Source of the DNA: Thermostichus sp. DRC_bins_24
GTDB lineage: Bacteria > Cyanobacteriota > Cyanobacteriia > Thermostichales > Thermostichaceae
Direction: 5' to 3'
Assembly (NCBI GenBank): GCA_039794845.1
Contig: JAUQVK010000067.1
Span: forward strand, 32,001-96,000
DNA: 64,000 bases
Positions 54,360 through 64,000 of the stretch are shown here, piece by piece (position 1 is the first letter of the stretch; each line of letters starts with the position of its first letter). The notes beneath the pieces are model-generated. The model was not told the DNA's origin and did no database searches. It was given only the letters and a program-made list of their open reading frames with translations. The position numbers were made by a program, and so were the translations under genes.

Positions 54360-55088
54360 TTGCAGGTGATAGGGCGGTCTGGTAGAAGGCTTGGCTTTGG
54401 CGTGCTGATCCTCTGGGCTGGGGTGATGCCTGGGTGGCCGCTATGGGCCGATTCGATACAAGGGGGTACGGATCCGGAGCCTGAGCCTACGACCCTCTCC
54501 ACCGCCCTGGATTTGGGGTTGGATGGCCAGATTGTCGAAGATAGCCCCGTGTTGCGCCGCTGGTTGCAAAACCCCCCCAACCTCCTCGAGGAAATTCGCA
54601 ATACCCCCGTGTTGCCCACCCGCTTGCAGGCCGGGTTCGAGGCGTCTTCCCACTGGCGCATTAGCCTTCAGGATTTGCGCTTGGCAAATCGCCTCACCCT
54701 TAGCGGCGACTATCGACAATCTTCTGAAGACCCTGAAACACGGCAGTACGGGTCGGAAATCCGCTACTTTTTAGCCCCCATGGGATCCGTTTTCAACCTG
54801 GCGCCCCAACTGGGGTATCGAGCCCTAGAACAAGAGAATCGTAGCCTTAGTGGCCTCAGCTACGGGGCCTTTGCCGTTTTAGCCTTGGCTCCGGGAGCCG
54901 CAGATTTGACCGGTAGCTACAGTTGGGTTGCCCCCCAAGAGCCTGCAGAAGGACAAGCCACCCTGGCGGAGATCACCGCTGCCTACGCCATTAGCCCCTC
55001 CTTTCGTCTCTCCGCCCGCTACAGCCTGCGCAACTCAACCCTGACTCGGGAATCTAGCCTGGGTTTTGGGGTGGAGTGGATCCCTTAG
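54360..55088 (+). CDS. Conserved cyanobacterial hypothetical envelope protein
   Basis: Signal-like N-terminus, SPVLRRWL..PPNLL..IRN motif and amphipathic C-terminal beta strands; start uncertain. Confidence 0.7.
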   Translation: MQVIGRSGRRLGFGVLILWAGVMPGWPLWADSIQGGTDPEPEPTTLSTALDLGLDGQIVEDSPVLRRWLQNPPNLLEEIRNTPVLPTRLQAGFEASSHWRISLQDLRLANRLTLSGDYRQSSEDPETRQYGSEIRYFLAPMGSVFNLAPQLGYRALEQENRSLSGLSYGAFAVLALAPGAADLTGSYSWVAPQEPAEGQATLAEITAAYAISPSFRLSARYSLRNSTLTRESSLGFGVEWIP

Positions 55089-55300
55089 CGCTTTGCCTTG
55101 GCTGCGGCGCAACTATTTGAAACCATCTTTGCTTGCCCCAACACCCCACAAACCCGATAATGTGTGCTTAACTTCGTTGACTGGCCGATAGACCCTGTTT
55201 CCTGTTCGCGGTGACCCACAGGTCGGACCGGGGTTGACGGAGGCTATTCCAAGTTGCCGTGCCCGAGTGCGCACCCATTCACCATTCAGGAGGGGGATCC

Positions 55301-56242
55301 GTGGTTCAACGCCCAATCATTCTCGGCATTGTCGGCGATAGTGCTGCCGGAAAAACCACCCTCACTCGCGGCATTGCTCAAGTGCTGGGGGAAGAGAATG
55401 TCACCGTTATCTGTACCGACGACTACCATCGCTACGACCGCAAGCAACGAGCCGAACTGGGGATCACGGCCCTGCATCCCGACTGTAACTATCTGGATAT
55501 CATTCAGCAACACCTGACACTCTTACGTACCGGCCAGCCGATTCTCAAGCCGATTTACAACCACAACACCGGCACCTTCGATCCTCCCGAATACATCAAG
55601 CCCAACTAATACGTGATCGTCGAAGGGCTACTGGGCTATTCCACCCGTGGCATGCGGGACAGCTACGATGTCAAGGTTTATTTGGCCCCTCCGGAAGATC
55701 TGCGAGCCCTTTGGAAAATCAAGCGAGACACCCGCAAACGGGGATACACCGAAGAACAGGTGCGAGAAGAGCTGCGTAAGCGGGAACCCGATTCCGAGGC
55801 TTTTATTCGCCCGCAACGGCAATGGGCGGATGTGGTGGTCAGCTTTTACCCACCCCAGGAGGGATCCAACCAGGACGAGCTATTGCTGAACGTGCGCCTG
55901 GTGCTGCGCCCCACCATTCCTCACCCCGACTTCTGGCAAATTCTCAATGCCCGCAACGGTCAACTCGGATCCGCCATCCGCCTGGATCTGGACCGGGATA
56001 TGGGCAAGCCTGTGGATGTGTTGGGAATCGATGGCCACGCCACGGCAAGCCAGGTGGTGGAACTGGAGCGGCTGCTTTGCAATGAAATCCCCTATTTGGG
56101 CAAGTTCTGCAACCTGGATACCAACCCCAGCATCGGTAAGTTGATCGGCACCACAGGCGAGTTGCTACAGAGTTATCCCTTGGCCTTGACCCAGTTGTTG
56201 ATTACCTATCACATGTTAAAGGCAGCGAATATTTACCAGTAG
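55301..56242 (+). pseudogene. prk: Phosphoribulokinase paralog with one in-frame nonsense codon
   Basis: GTG start after AGGAGG; GIVGDSAAGKTT and CTDDYH motifs; TAA at 55607-55609; the same frame resumes YVIVEGLL...WKIKRD..RG. Confidence 0.85.
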
Positions 56243-56325
56243 CCTGGAGTCCTTTGCAAGCGGTCTGAGAAAGCCCAAAAAGCATAGCTGATAATAGAAG
56301 GAGCCCTTCTGGATGCGGTGCTCCT

Positions 56326-57678
56326 ATGGCCAGCCCTCTGATTTCCCCCGACAACCTGCTGGATCTCTGCGAACAGGGTGTGCACAAGGCCTTGGCAGCA
56401 GGAGCCGACCAAGCGGAAGTGTTTGCCAACTCCGGTCGGGAAACCGAGGTCACCTTCGAGAAAAACGACCTCAATTTGGCCCGCACCGGCAGCGAGACCC
56501 TCTTCGGCATTCGCGTCTTTTGCAGGGGCAGGCTGGGGTTTGCCACTTCCAATCGCCCGGAAGACCTGGCGGACATCGCCGCAGAAGCCGTAGCCTTGGC
56601 CAAAGCCTCGCCGGCGGATCCCCTGAATGGGCTGCCGGAGCCACAACCGTTGCCCTCCGTGGCCTTTCCGCTGGATGCCGGTTTGCTGGAACTGGATGCT
56701 GCCACCCTCACCCAACTGGGATCCCAACTGCTGGAGCGGGTGCGTGCCCAAGATAGCCGCATTACCATCGACAGTGGTTCCATCAGCGTTGAGGAAGATA
56801 CCCTGGCCATCGCCTCCTCCACCGGGATCCGCGCTAACTACCACAGCGTCGAGGGGGGGGGATCCCTGTTTGGTATGGCCATTGACGGGGAAGAGGTGGG
56901 GAGCTTTGCCTACGATGGCGACAGTGTGCAAACGCGGGCCGAGCTGATCCCGGCACTGGAGCGCGCCTTTGACCGCTTTGTCAACAAATGTGTGGGGGCG
57001 TTGGGGGCCACCCAGGGAGAGAGCTTTCGCGGCACCATTTTGCTCCCGCCCGATTCGGTGGAGGAGCTACTCGGGGATCTGATCGCCGTTTTGGGGGCCG
57101 ATGCGGTGCGCAAGGGCAAAAGCCCCTTGGCCCAAAAAATGGGATCCCTGATCGCCAGCCCGCTACTGACGGTGGTTTCGGAAGGATTGGGTCTGCCCGG
57201 CCATTCCCTTGAGCCCTTTGACCGGGAAGGGATCCCTCGCCAAATCACCCCCTTGGTGAATGAGGGCATCCTCTGCAACTTCATGTACAACAGCTACGAA
57301 TCTCGCGCTGCGGGGATCCCGTCCAATGGTCATGCCACGGGGGGAGCCGGTAGCTTGCCCGGGGTAGGGCCGGCCTGTTTGAGTGTGGCACCGGGCCAAA
57401 CGCCCCTTGCTGAGTTGTACGCTGTGGAGCGGGGTATTATCGTCACCCGCCTGTCGGGCAGCAGCAACCCGATTACCGGCGACTTTTCTGGAGTGGTAAA
57501 GGGTGGTTTTCTGGTGAAAGGCGGAGAAAAACGCCCGATTTTGGAAACCACAATCGCCGGTAATCTCTACGACTGTTTGCGGAATATCTCGGCGATTTCA
57601 CAAGAAGTGACCATTTTTAATGGCAGCACTGCTTTTCCGGCTTTGCGCATTGAGGATGTTTCAGTAACCGCAGGCTAA
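56326..57678 (+). CDS. PmbA/TldE-family protein
   Basis: GADQAEVF, FGIRV, PFDREG and NPITGDFS motifs; no HExxGH. Confidence 0.87.
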   Translation: MASPLISPDNLLDLCEQGVHKALAAGADQAEVFANSGRETEVTFEKNDLNLARTGSETLFGIRVFCRGRLGFATSNRPEDLADIAAEAVALAKASPADPLNGLPEPQPLPSVAFPLDAGLLELDAATLTQLGSQLLERVRAQDSRITIDSGSISVEEDTLAIASSTGIRANYHSVEGGGSLFGMAIDGEEVGSFAYDGDSVQTRAELIPALERAFDRFVNKCVGALGATQGESFRGTILLPPDSVEELLGDLIAVLGADAVRKGKSPLAQKMGSLIASPLLTVVSEGLGLPGHSLEPFDREGIPRQITPLVNEGILCNFMYNSYESRAAGIPSNGHATGGAGSLPGVGPACLSVAPGQTPLAELYAVERGIIVTRLSGSSNPITGDFSGVVKGGFLVKGGEKRPILETTIAGNLYDCLRNISAISQEVTIFNGSTAFPALRIEDVSVTAG

Positions 57679-57840
57679 AACCCGTTCCCATCCTCGTTTA
57701 GCCTCCGGCCATTTCTGCTCAAGACTGTAACAAACTTGTTCATCTTGACCGGCTACGATCCCCAAGCGGAGGGGCCAAAGAGCCTCACCTGGGTATCATG
57801 GGGGCGACGAACGAGACAGTAACCCTGACGGTTCGTGACC

Positions 57841-59838
57841 ATGCACTTGACAGCAGAGGGATCCATGTTGCAGAGCAACGCTCACACGACCATGTGGCCA
57901 GCAGAAGGTCGGCAACGCGCCATCATTGAGTCGGTTGCACCGGAAATTGACGGCGGACGCTATGCCATTAAACGTACCGTAGGCGAATACGTGGTGGTGG
58001 AGGCGGATATTTTCGGGGATGGCCACGACCAGCTATCGGCGGTGCTTTGTTTTCGGGAGGCAGGCTCAGACACCTGGCAAGAGCTGTTGATGGAGCCGCT
58101 GGGCAACGATCGCTGGCGGGGACAATTTCAAGTGAGCCAGCTGGGACAAGCCCACTACACAATTCGGGCCTGGGTAGATCACTTCAAAACCTGGCAGCAG
58201 GATCTGCACAAGCGGGTCGAGGCTGGACAAGAGGTCTCAGTAGAACTGTTGATCGGGGTGGAGTTGATCGAGAGAGCGGCCCAACTGCATCGGGGCGATG
58301 TTCAAGACAAGCTGCGCAGCTATGCCCAGACACTGCGAGAGGGGGGAGATGGGGCCTTAGAGACGGCCCTTTCCACCAACTTGGGAGACCTGATGCAGGT
58401 TTACGGCGAGCGCCCCTTCGTCACCACCTATCCCGAACGGCGGGTTTGGGTGGATCCGGTGAAGGCTCGATTTAGCGCCTGGTATGAGCTGTTTCCCCGC
58501 TCCTGCGGCCCCGATGAACATACCCACGGCACCTTTCAAGATGTAATCGCCCGCCTGCCCATGATCGCGGAGATGGGGTTCGATATTCTCTACTTACCGC
58601 CCATACACCCGATTGGGCTGGCCTTCCGCAAGGGCAAAAACAACTCCTTGACACCGGAACCCGGAGATACCGGATCCCCGTGGGCGATCGGCGGGCCGGA
58701 AGGAGGGCACAAGGCCATTCACCCCCAGCTGGGATCCCTGGCGGATTTTCATGCGCTGGTGGCCAAGGCCAAAACATTCGATATCGATATCGCCCTGGAT
58801 ATTGCCTTTCAATGCTCTCCAGATCATCCCTACGTGAAGGAGCATCCCGAATGGTTCAAAAAACGTCCCGATGGCACCATTCAATATGCCGAGAATCCGC
58901 CCAAAAAGTATCAGGATATTTACCCTCTCAACTTTGAGACGGAGGATTGGCAGGCTCTCTGGAAAGAGCTGAAAAGTGTCATCCAATACTGGATTGACCA
59001 AGGGGTGACCATCTTTCGGGTGGACAACCCCCACACCAAGGCTTTTGGCTTCTGGGAATGGTGCATCGGCGAGATCAAAGCCCAGCACCCCGAGGTGATC
59101 TTTTTGTCAGAGGCCTTTACCCGCCCGAAACTGATGAAATCTTTGGCCAAGTTGGGCTTTACCCAGTCCTACACCTATTTCACCTGGCGCAACGACAAGT
59201 GGGGCCTGACGGAGTATTTCACCGAGCTCACCCAAACCCCGATGCGGGAGTATTACCGCCCCAACCCCTGGCCCAATACGCCTGATATTTTGCACGAGTT
59301 CTTGCAAACCGGGGGCCGCCCTGCCTTTATGTTGCGCTTTATTTTGGCCGCCACGCTGGGATCCAACTACGGCATTTATGGCCCCGCTTTTGAGCTGTGT
59401 GAAGGGCGTCCGGTGCGCAAAGGCAGCGAGGAATATCTCGATTCCGAGAAATATCAAATCCGCCACTGGGATCTGGATGCGCCGGATAACTTGCGGCCCT
59501 TGATCACCGCGGTTAACCAGATTCGTCGGCAAAATCCGGCCCTACAAAGCGATTGGAGCTTGGTGTTTCACCCCACCGACAATGACACGCTCATTTGCTA
59601 CTCCAAGCGCACCTTTAATGGGGATAATCGCATTTTGGTGGCCGTCAATTTGGATCCCTTTCACATTCAATCGGGTTGGGTGAACCTGAACCTAGCAGCT
59701 CTGGATTTGGAGCACTGGCAAACCTTCGGGCTGACGGATCTGCTGGATGGTCGCCACTACACATGGCAGGGATCCAGCAACTACATCAAATTGGATCCCT
59801 GGACCATGCCCGCCCACATTTTCCGGCTGGAGAGCTGA
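57841..59838 (+). CDS. glgE: Alpha-1,4-glucan:maltose-1-phosphate maltosyltransferase
   Basis: AWYELFPRS, YLPPIHPIG, YAENPPKKYQDIYP, FRVDNPHTK and LSEAFTRP motifs; start uncertain. Confidence 0.94.
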   Translation: MHLTAEGSMLQSNAHTTMWPAEGRQRAIIESVAPEIDGGRYAIKRTVGEYVVVEADIFGDGHDQLSAVLCFREAGSDTWQELLMEPLGNDRWRGQFQVSQLGQAHYTIRAWVDHFKTWQQDLHKRVEAGQEVSVELLIGVELIERAAQLHRGDVQDKLRSYAQTLREGGDGALETALSTNLGDLMQVYGERPFVTTYPERRVWVDPVKARFSAWYELFPRSCGPDEHTHGTFQDVIARLPMIAEMGFDILYLPPIHPIGLAFRKGKNNSLTPEPGDTGSPWAIGGPEGGHKAIHPQLGSLADFHALVAKAKTFDIDIALDIAFQCSPDHPYVKEHPEWFKKRPDGTIQYAENPPKKYQDIYPLNFETEDWQALWKELKSVIQYWIDQGVTIFRVDNPHTKAFGFWEWCIGEIKAQHPEVIFLSEAFTRPKLMKSLAKLGFTQSYTYFTWRNDKWGLTEYFTELTQTPMREYYRPNPWPNTPDILHEFLQTGGRPAFMLRFILAATLGSNYGIYGPAFELCEGRPVRKGSEEYLDSEKYQIRHWDLDAPDNLRPLITAVNQIRRQNPALQSDWSLVFHPTDNDTLICYSKRTFNGDNRILVAVNLDPFHIQSGWVNLNLAALDLEHWQTFGLTDLLDGRHYTWQGSSNYIKLDPWTMPAHIFRLES

Positions 59839-59930
59839 GTGCCTGTTGTATTGGGGATCCCGACAAAATCCGCTGCCGCCAGATGGTAGTAAAGCCGGGG
59901 CTGGGTCAGCCCCACAGAGGTGATGGGGTG

Positions 59931-60305
59931 CTAACGAGCGGAAGGGGCGGGAGAGAAGTTGGCAATGCCGGTCTGGAGATCGCTAAAACAAGTCAACACC
60001 TTTTCCATGGAGGTGAGGTTGAGCACCAGGGCAACACTTTCGGGCACACTGCAGAGGCTGAGGTTGCCTCCAGCAGCACGACACTTGCGCAAGGCCGAGA
60101 TCAACACCCCCAACCCAGAGCTATCCATGAAGGTGACCGACGACATATCGATCAACAAGTTGGGATAACCAAAATCCAAGACTTGCTGCAGCAGCTGCCG
60201 GGCATCCGAAGCGGCTTTGGCATCGAAACGCCCCTCCAAGGGAACCACTGCCAGCTTTTGCCCCTGAGGAGTTTCGGCAGTACGAATGCGCGGCTTGAAA
60301 TCCAT
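59931..60305 (-). CDS. STAS-domain anti-sigma-factor antagonist
   Basis: LEGRFD and IDMSSVTFMDSSGLGVLI motifs. Confidence 0.9.
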   Translation of the reverse strand: MDFKPRIRTAETPQGQKLAVVPLEGRFDAKAASDARQLLQQVLDFGYPNLLIDMSSVTFMDSSGLGVLISALRKCRAAGGNLSLCSVPESVALVLNLTSMEKVLTCFSDLQTGIANFSPAPSAR

Positions 60306-60412
60306 CGTCTCCAACGAACTCAGCGAAAACCTTATGACCCACCTTAACACCCCCCACTGCCCCTCACCAGCAGGTTTCCCAGGAGGTGTCCCAGAAGCCG
60401 GTAGCGTTTGGT

Positions 60413-61357
60413 CTAGAGCATCGGCTCTAGCGTCAAGGCTTCTGTCCCCAGGTTGGGCAGAGAAACGTGCAGACGGGGACGATGCATGTACAGCAACTGA
60501 GCCAGGCGCTTGCGCAACTCCGTTCGGGGCACAATCGCATCGATGAGGCCGTGGGCCAGCAAATATTCAGCGGTTTGAAACCCTTCCGGCAGCTTGCCCT
60601 TGCCGATGGTTTGCTCGATCACATTCGGCCCCGCAAATCCCACCTGTACCCCCGGCTCCGCCAAAATCAAATCGCCCAGCATGGCAAAGCTGGCGGTTAC
60701 GCCCCCATAGGTAGGCTGGGTGAGCACCGAGATGAACAGCTGTCCGGCATCGCGGTGTCGCTGCAATGCCGCCGAGGTTTTGGCCATCTGCATCAGGCTA
60801 AGGATCCCTTCCTGCATGCGAGCCCCTCCGGAAGCGGAGAAAATCACCAGAGGCAGATGATCGCGGGTGGCACGTTCGGTGAGGCGGGCAATTTTTTCCC
60901 CCACCACCGATCCCATGCTGCCGCCCATAAAGCGAAAATCCATCACCCCTACGGCCAACGGGATCCCATCCAGGTTGCCCAAACCCGTCAAGACGGCGTC
61001 TCTCAGCTGGGTGCGCTCTTGGTAGGCGATGATGCGCTCAGAGTAAGGTTTTTGGTCGAAAAAACGGAGGGGATCCGCCGGAGCGAGATGATCGTTGAGG
61101 GGTTGCCAGGAGCCGGCATCGAGAAGCTGCTCCAGCCGTTCCGGAGCGGTGATGCGCTGGTGATGGCCACAATTGGGGCAGACTTGCAGATTTTGGTGCA
61201 GGTCTTTGGTGTAGGTAAGGGTGTCACAGGCCGGACATTTTTGCCAGAGGCCATCGGCAATCTCCCGCACCTGACGCTCTTTGTCGAAGGGGCTGCTGCC
61301 GGTCAGGTTGAGAGAGGTCTCTTTGCGGCGCTCCGCAAACCAATCCAGTAAAGACAT
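60413..61357 (-). CDS. accD: Acetyl-CoA carboxylase carboxyltransferase beta subunit
   Basis: GLWQKCPAC...CPNC zinc finger, [22 protein letters not shown] and GGVTASFA motifs. Confidence 0.97.
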   Translation of the reverse strand: MSLLDWFAERRKETSLNLTGSSPFDKERQVREIADGLWQKCPACDTLTYTKDLHQNLQVCPNCGHHQRITAPERLEQLLDAGSWQPLNDHLAPADPLRFFDQKPYSERIIAYQERTQLRDAVLTGLGNLDGIPLAVGVMDFRFMGGSMGSVVGEKIARLTERATRDHLPLVIFSASGGARMQEGILSLMQMAKTSAALQRHRDAGQLFISVLTQPTYGGVTASFAMLGDLILAEPGVQVGFAGPNVIEQTIGKGKLPEGFQTAEYLLAHGLIDAIVPRTELRKRLAQLLYMHRPRLHVSLPNLGTEALTLEPML

Positions 61358-61483
61358 AGCTGCTGAGAGATCTCCTCCCTCGAATAGGGATGGTGAGAAC
61401 CAGATGAGAGGGCCTGCAGGTGATCTGCGAAACACATCTCAATGTTCTCAAGCTATCAAAGAATCGCCAAACTGAAAATAAGC

Positions 61484-62377
61484 ATGAACAGAGAGGGACA
61501 GGTGGTAACCCATGGGGCCCAGTGGCCATTGTTGACGACGGGAGATGGCTCTCTGACCTTTTTCTCGCAGGAGTTTGGGCAGGCGTTTCACAACCTCAGT
61601 GGTGCGGCCCAGGAAGCCTTGGAGAAATTTGTCCGCCCCTGCCGTCTGGATCGGCTGCCGTTGGAACGGGATCCCCTGCAACCGATTCACCTTCTGGATA
61701 TTTGCTTTGGCCTCGGGTACAACTCCGGCATGGCCTTGGAAACCATCTGGCAGATCAAGGCCGATCATCCGGTGCAGGTGTTCGGTCTGGAGCGCTCCCC
61801 GGAGATACCCCGACAGGCTTGGCAAGTGGGGGTGGGATCCCACTGGAGCTTTGGGCAAGAGTGGCAGCAGTGGATCGAGCAGGGATCCTGGCGGTCGCAG
61901 CGCTGGCAGGGGGAGCTGTTGTGGGGGGATGCCCGCCAAACTCTGCTGCAGGTACCGCTGGGATGGGCGGATGCGGTGTTTTTGGATCCCTTTTCTCCCT
62001 CTGTTTGTCCGGAGCTGTGGACGGTGGATTTCCTGCGGGCTGTCGCAGAACGGATGCGCCCTGAAGGTCTTTTGGCCACCTACTCCTGTGCCGCTTCGGT
62101 GCGGGCGGCTTTACAAGAGGCAGGGCTATCCATCGGCTCTACCCCCCCTTTGGGTCGTCCTTGGCCGGGAACGGTGGCCTCCCCCCAGCCTCAGCACCTC
62201 CCCCCCCTTTCACCCATGGAGTGGGAACACCTGAAAACCCGCGCCGCTGTGCCCTATCGGGATCCGACGTTGCGGGCAGACCGGGCTGAAATTCGGCTGC
62301 GACGCCAACAAGAACAGCAGGGATCCCCTTTGGAACCCACCTCCGCCTGGAAACGCCGCTGGCCCGTGCAGGCTTAG
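61484..62377 (+). CDS. MnmC-like (MnmD-type) SAM-dependent methyltransferase
   Basis: TGDGS.T, DICFGLGYN, FLDPFSP..CPELW and LATYS motifs. Confidence 0.85.
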   Translation: MNREGQVVTHGAQWPLLTTGDGSLTFFSQEFGQAFHNLSGAAQEALEKFVRPCRLDRLPLERDPLQPIHLLDICFGLGYNSGMALETIWQIKADHPVQVFGLERSPEIPRQAWQVGVGSHWSFGQEWQQWIEQGSWRSQRWQGELLWGDARQTLLQVPLGWADAVFLDPFSPSVCPELWTVDFLRAVAERMRPEGLLATYSCAASVRAALQEAGLSIGSTPPLGRPWPGTVASPQPQHLPPLSPMEWEHLKTRAAVPYRDPTLRADRAEIRLRRQQEQQGSPLEPTSAWKRRWPVQA

Positions 62378-62487
62378 AAGAGGGATCCCCTGCAAAAGCC
62401 GGTATCCAGAACACGTCCCCCTTTCCCGTACCCTTACGCAAGCGATACTCCCTTCACAAAGTTAAGATGAACTGAAGCTTTTTCGTG

Positions 62488-63102
62488 ATGACCGCTATGT
62501 CTTCTTCGGCCCCTGCCTCCACTTTGGTCGCCCTCTGTGCTGAGCAGCATCGAGTCATCCTGCGGCTCTTGACCCGTTTGTCTCAGGCGGCCGACTTGGA
62601 TCTGGGCCAACGGCGCACCTATGCCCAAAAACTGCGGCAACGTCTCTCCCGCCACATTCAACTGGAGCGTCATGCTTTCTACCCCCTGCTCAGGCCAGCC
62701 CTCAAGGGGGCTCCCCACCTGAGCATCCAGTTGGATCAGCTGGATCAGTCGGAGCAGCGGTTGCGGGATCTGCTTCCGGATTTGACCCGCTTTTTACACC
62801 AAGCCGAGCGGGCTCCACAGCAGTTGGATGCGGCTGCGGCCCTCTACTTTCGTCGGCAGTTGCAGGCCCAGTTTGAGCAGGAGGAGCAGGTTCTGCACCC
62901 GCTGTTCGCCGATCACGTCTCTCCCGAAGCCGAGCAGCAGCAGTTGCGCCTTTTCCACAAGCGCCTGCAAGCAACGGTTGCTCCCCAGGCATCTGCGCGC
63001 AATCGTCGTCCCAGCCTAGAGGAGTTGGAACGACAAGCGGTAACCCGCCCGGTTTTGCCCAACGAGCGTCTTTGGAACACGGTACAGTTGGTCAGCTCCT
63101 AG
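62488..63102 (+). CDS. Hemerythrin-like helical protein
   Basis: H...HxxxE..FYP and ExxLxP pattern; several canonical His ligands appear to be missing. Confidence 0.6.
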   Translation: MTAMSSSAPASTLVALCAEQHRVILRLLTRLSQAADLDLGQRRTYAQKLRQRLSRHIQLERHAFYPLLRPALKGAPHLSIQLDQLDQSEQRLRDLLPDLTRFLHQAERAPQQLDAAAALYFRRQLQAQFEQEEQVLHPLFADHVSPEAEQQQLRLFHKRLQATVAPQASARNRRPSLEELERQAVTRPVLPNERLWNTVQLVSS

Positions 63103-63208
63103 CTGCGGTAGCCTTGTGTTTTGGAACCGTGTCTGTTAAGTTCAGGCTGGCTTTCACGAGCCAGTTTTTTGTATCTGTTTTGGTTGCCCCCGCCTCAGGC
63201 TTGAAGCA

Positions 63209-63421
63209 ATGGAAAGTTTGGATCCCGAAGCTTACGTTGACCAGGTGGCGAAAGCGCTGCAACTGCCCCTGCACCCCGACCATCGCACCGGGGTGATCGA
63301 AAATTTCGCCCGCATTTTGCCCATTGCCCAACTGGTGCTGGAATTCCCTTTGCCCCAAACGGTGGAACCTGCCCCGACTTTTAGCCCCCTTCCCGCTGCC
63401 AGGACGGAGCCCCTGCCATGA
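63209..63421 (+). CDS. AtzG/DUF4089-like small protein
   Basis: YV...A..L.LPL....R.GV..NF.RI..IA..V.EFPL....EPAP.F pattern; overlaps the amidase start. Confidence 0.8.
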   Translation: MESLDPEAYVDQVAKALQLPLHPDHRTGVIENFARILPIAQLVLEFPLPQTVEPAPTFSPLPAARTEPLP

Positions 63422-64000
63422 CCTCGGATCCCCATTTTCTCGGCAGCGCCGACGCGGCCTCCATTGCCTCTGCTGTACGTCAGGGAGAAATTAGCGCCCA
63501 AGCGGTAGTGGCGGCCAGCCTTGAGCGGATCCAAGAACGGGATGGGGCCTTGAATGCCTTCACGGAGATTCTGAAAGACTCGGCCCTAGAGGCGGCGGAA
63601 AAGGTGGATCAACAGGTGGCGCAAGGGATCCCGGTGGGCCCTTTGGCAGGGGTGCCCTTCGCGGTCAAAAACCTGTTTGACGTGGCCGGCCTCACCACCC
63701 TGGCGGGCTCTGTGATTAACCGGGAGAATCCTCCCGCCCGAATGGATGCAACGGTGGTAGCCCGACTGAAACAGGCCGGGGCGATCCTGGTGGGCACGCT
63801 CAATATGGATGAGTACGCCTATGGCTTTGTTACCGAAAACAGCCACTACGGCCCCACCCACAATCCCCACGATCTCAGCCGTGTCGCTGGGGGATCCTCC
63901 GGTGGATCGGCAGCAGCAGTAGCAGGTGGTTTGGTGCCTCTGACGCTGGGTAGCGATACCAACGGCTCGATTCGGGTGCCGGCTTCTTTGTGCGGCATCT
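63418..64000 (+). CDS. AtzE-family amidase (amidase signature), 3'-truncated by the window edge
   Basis: Read directly from the sequence: GPLAGVPFAVKNLFDVAG, LNMDEYAYGFVTENSHYG, GGSSGGSAAAVA and GSDTNGSIRVPA. Confidence 0.9.
   Translation, partial: MTSDPHFLGSADAASIASAVRQGEISAQAVVAASLERIQERDGALNAFTEILKDSALEAAEKVDQQVAQGIPVGPLAGVPFAVKNLFDVAGLTTLAGSVINRENPPARMDATVVARLKQAGAILVGTLNMDEYAYGFVTENSHYGPTHNPHDLSRVAGGSSGGSAAAVAGGLVPLTLGSDTNGSIRVPASLCGI

Noticed and set aside
55301..56242. Loss of the essential Calvin-cycle PRK, or stop-codon recoding
   Set aside because: The sequence is the non-canonical paralog type. TAA is used as a normal stop elsewhere in the window and is not a Sec/Pyl codon.
56853..56861. 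Other long G/C homopolymers (56853-56861, about 45753-45761) as phase-variable switches
   Set aside because: Both are in frame in intact genes and encode Gly runs; no evidence of switching.

Overview
Gene-dense, GC-rich chromosomal window from a cyanobacterium. The very frequent GGGATCCC palindrome and the gene content suggest the hot-spring Thermostichus (Synechococcus OS-A/OS-B'-like) lineage; this is inference. Most of it is housekeeping: cupA-cupS, moaC, hemH, tRNA nucleotidyltransferase, a SphR/PhoB-type regulator, ubiA-type prenyltransferase, yqgF, ahcY, argG, grpE-dnaK-dnaJ-tusA-rsgA, NAD kinase, hisB, vipp1, gcvT, gloA, glgE, accD and atzG/atzE-like genes. No rRNA, tRNA or true CRISPR array was seen. 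Most notable: (1) an internally deleted IS200/IS605 (tnpB) element with both ends intact, inserted into the last codon/stop of the sphR-like gene so that the protein is unchanged, with a predicted omega-RNA guide antisense to that gene's 3' end; (2) an unannotated, multi-stem, repeat-containing ~180-nt element next to a foreign-looking Mesh1-like HD hydrolase; (3) a split circularly permuted ATP-grasp/alpha-E system whose alpha-E gene is translationally coupled to a Vat/CatB-type acetyltransferase frameshifted in a G9 tract; (4) broken genes the ORF track misses or splits (MNT with an 8-bp duplication, a PRK paralog with one nonsense codon, a YhbS-like GNAT remnant). No complete novel multi-gene system can be proven from sequence alone.
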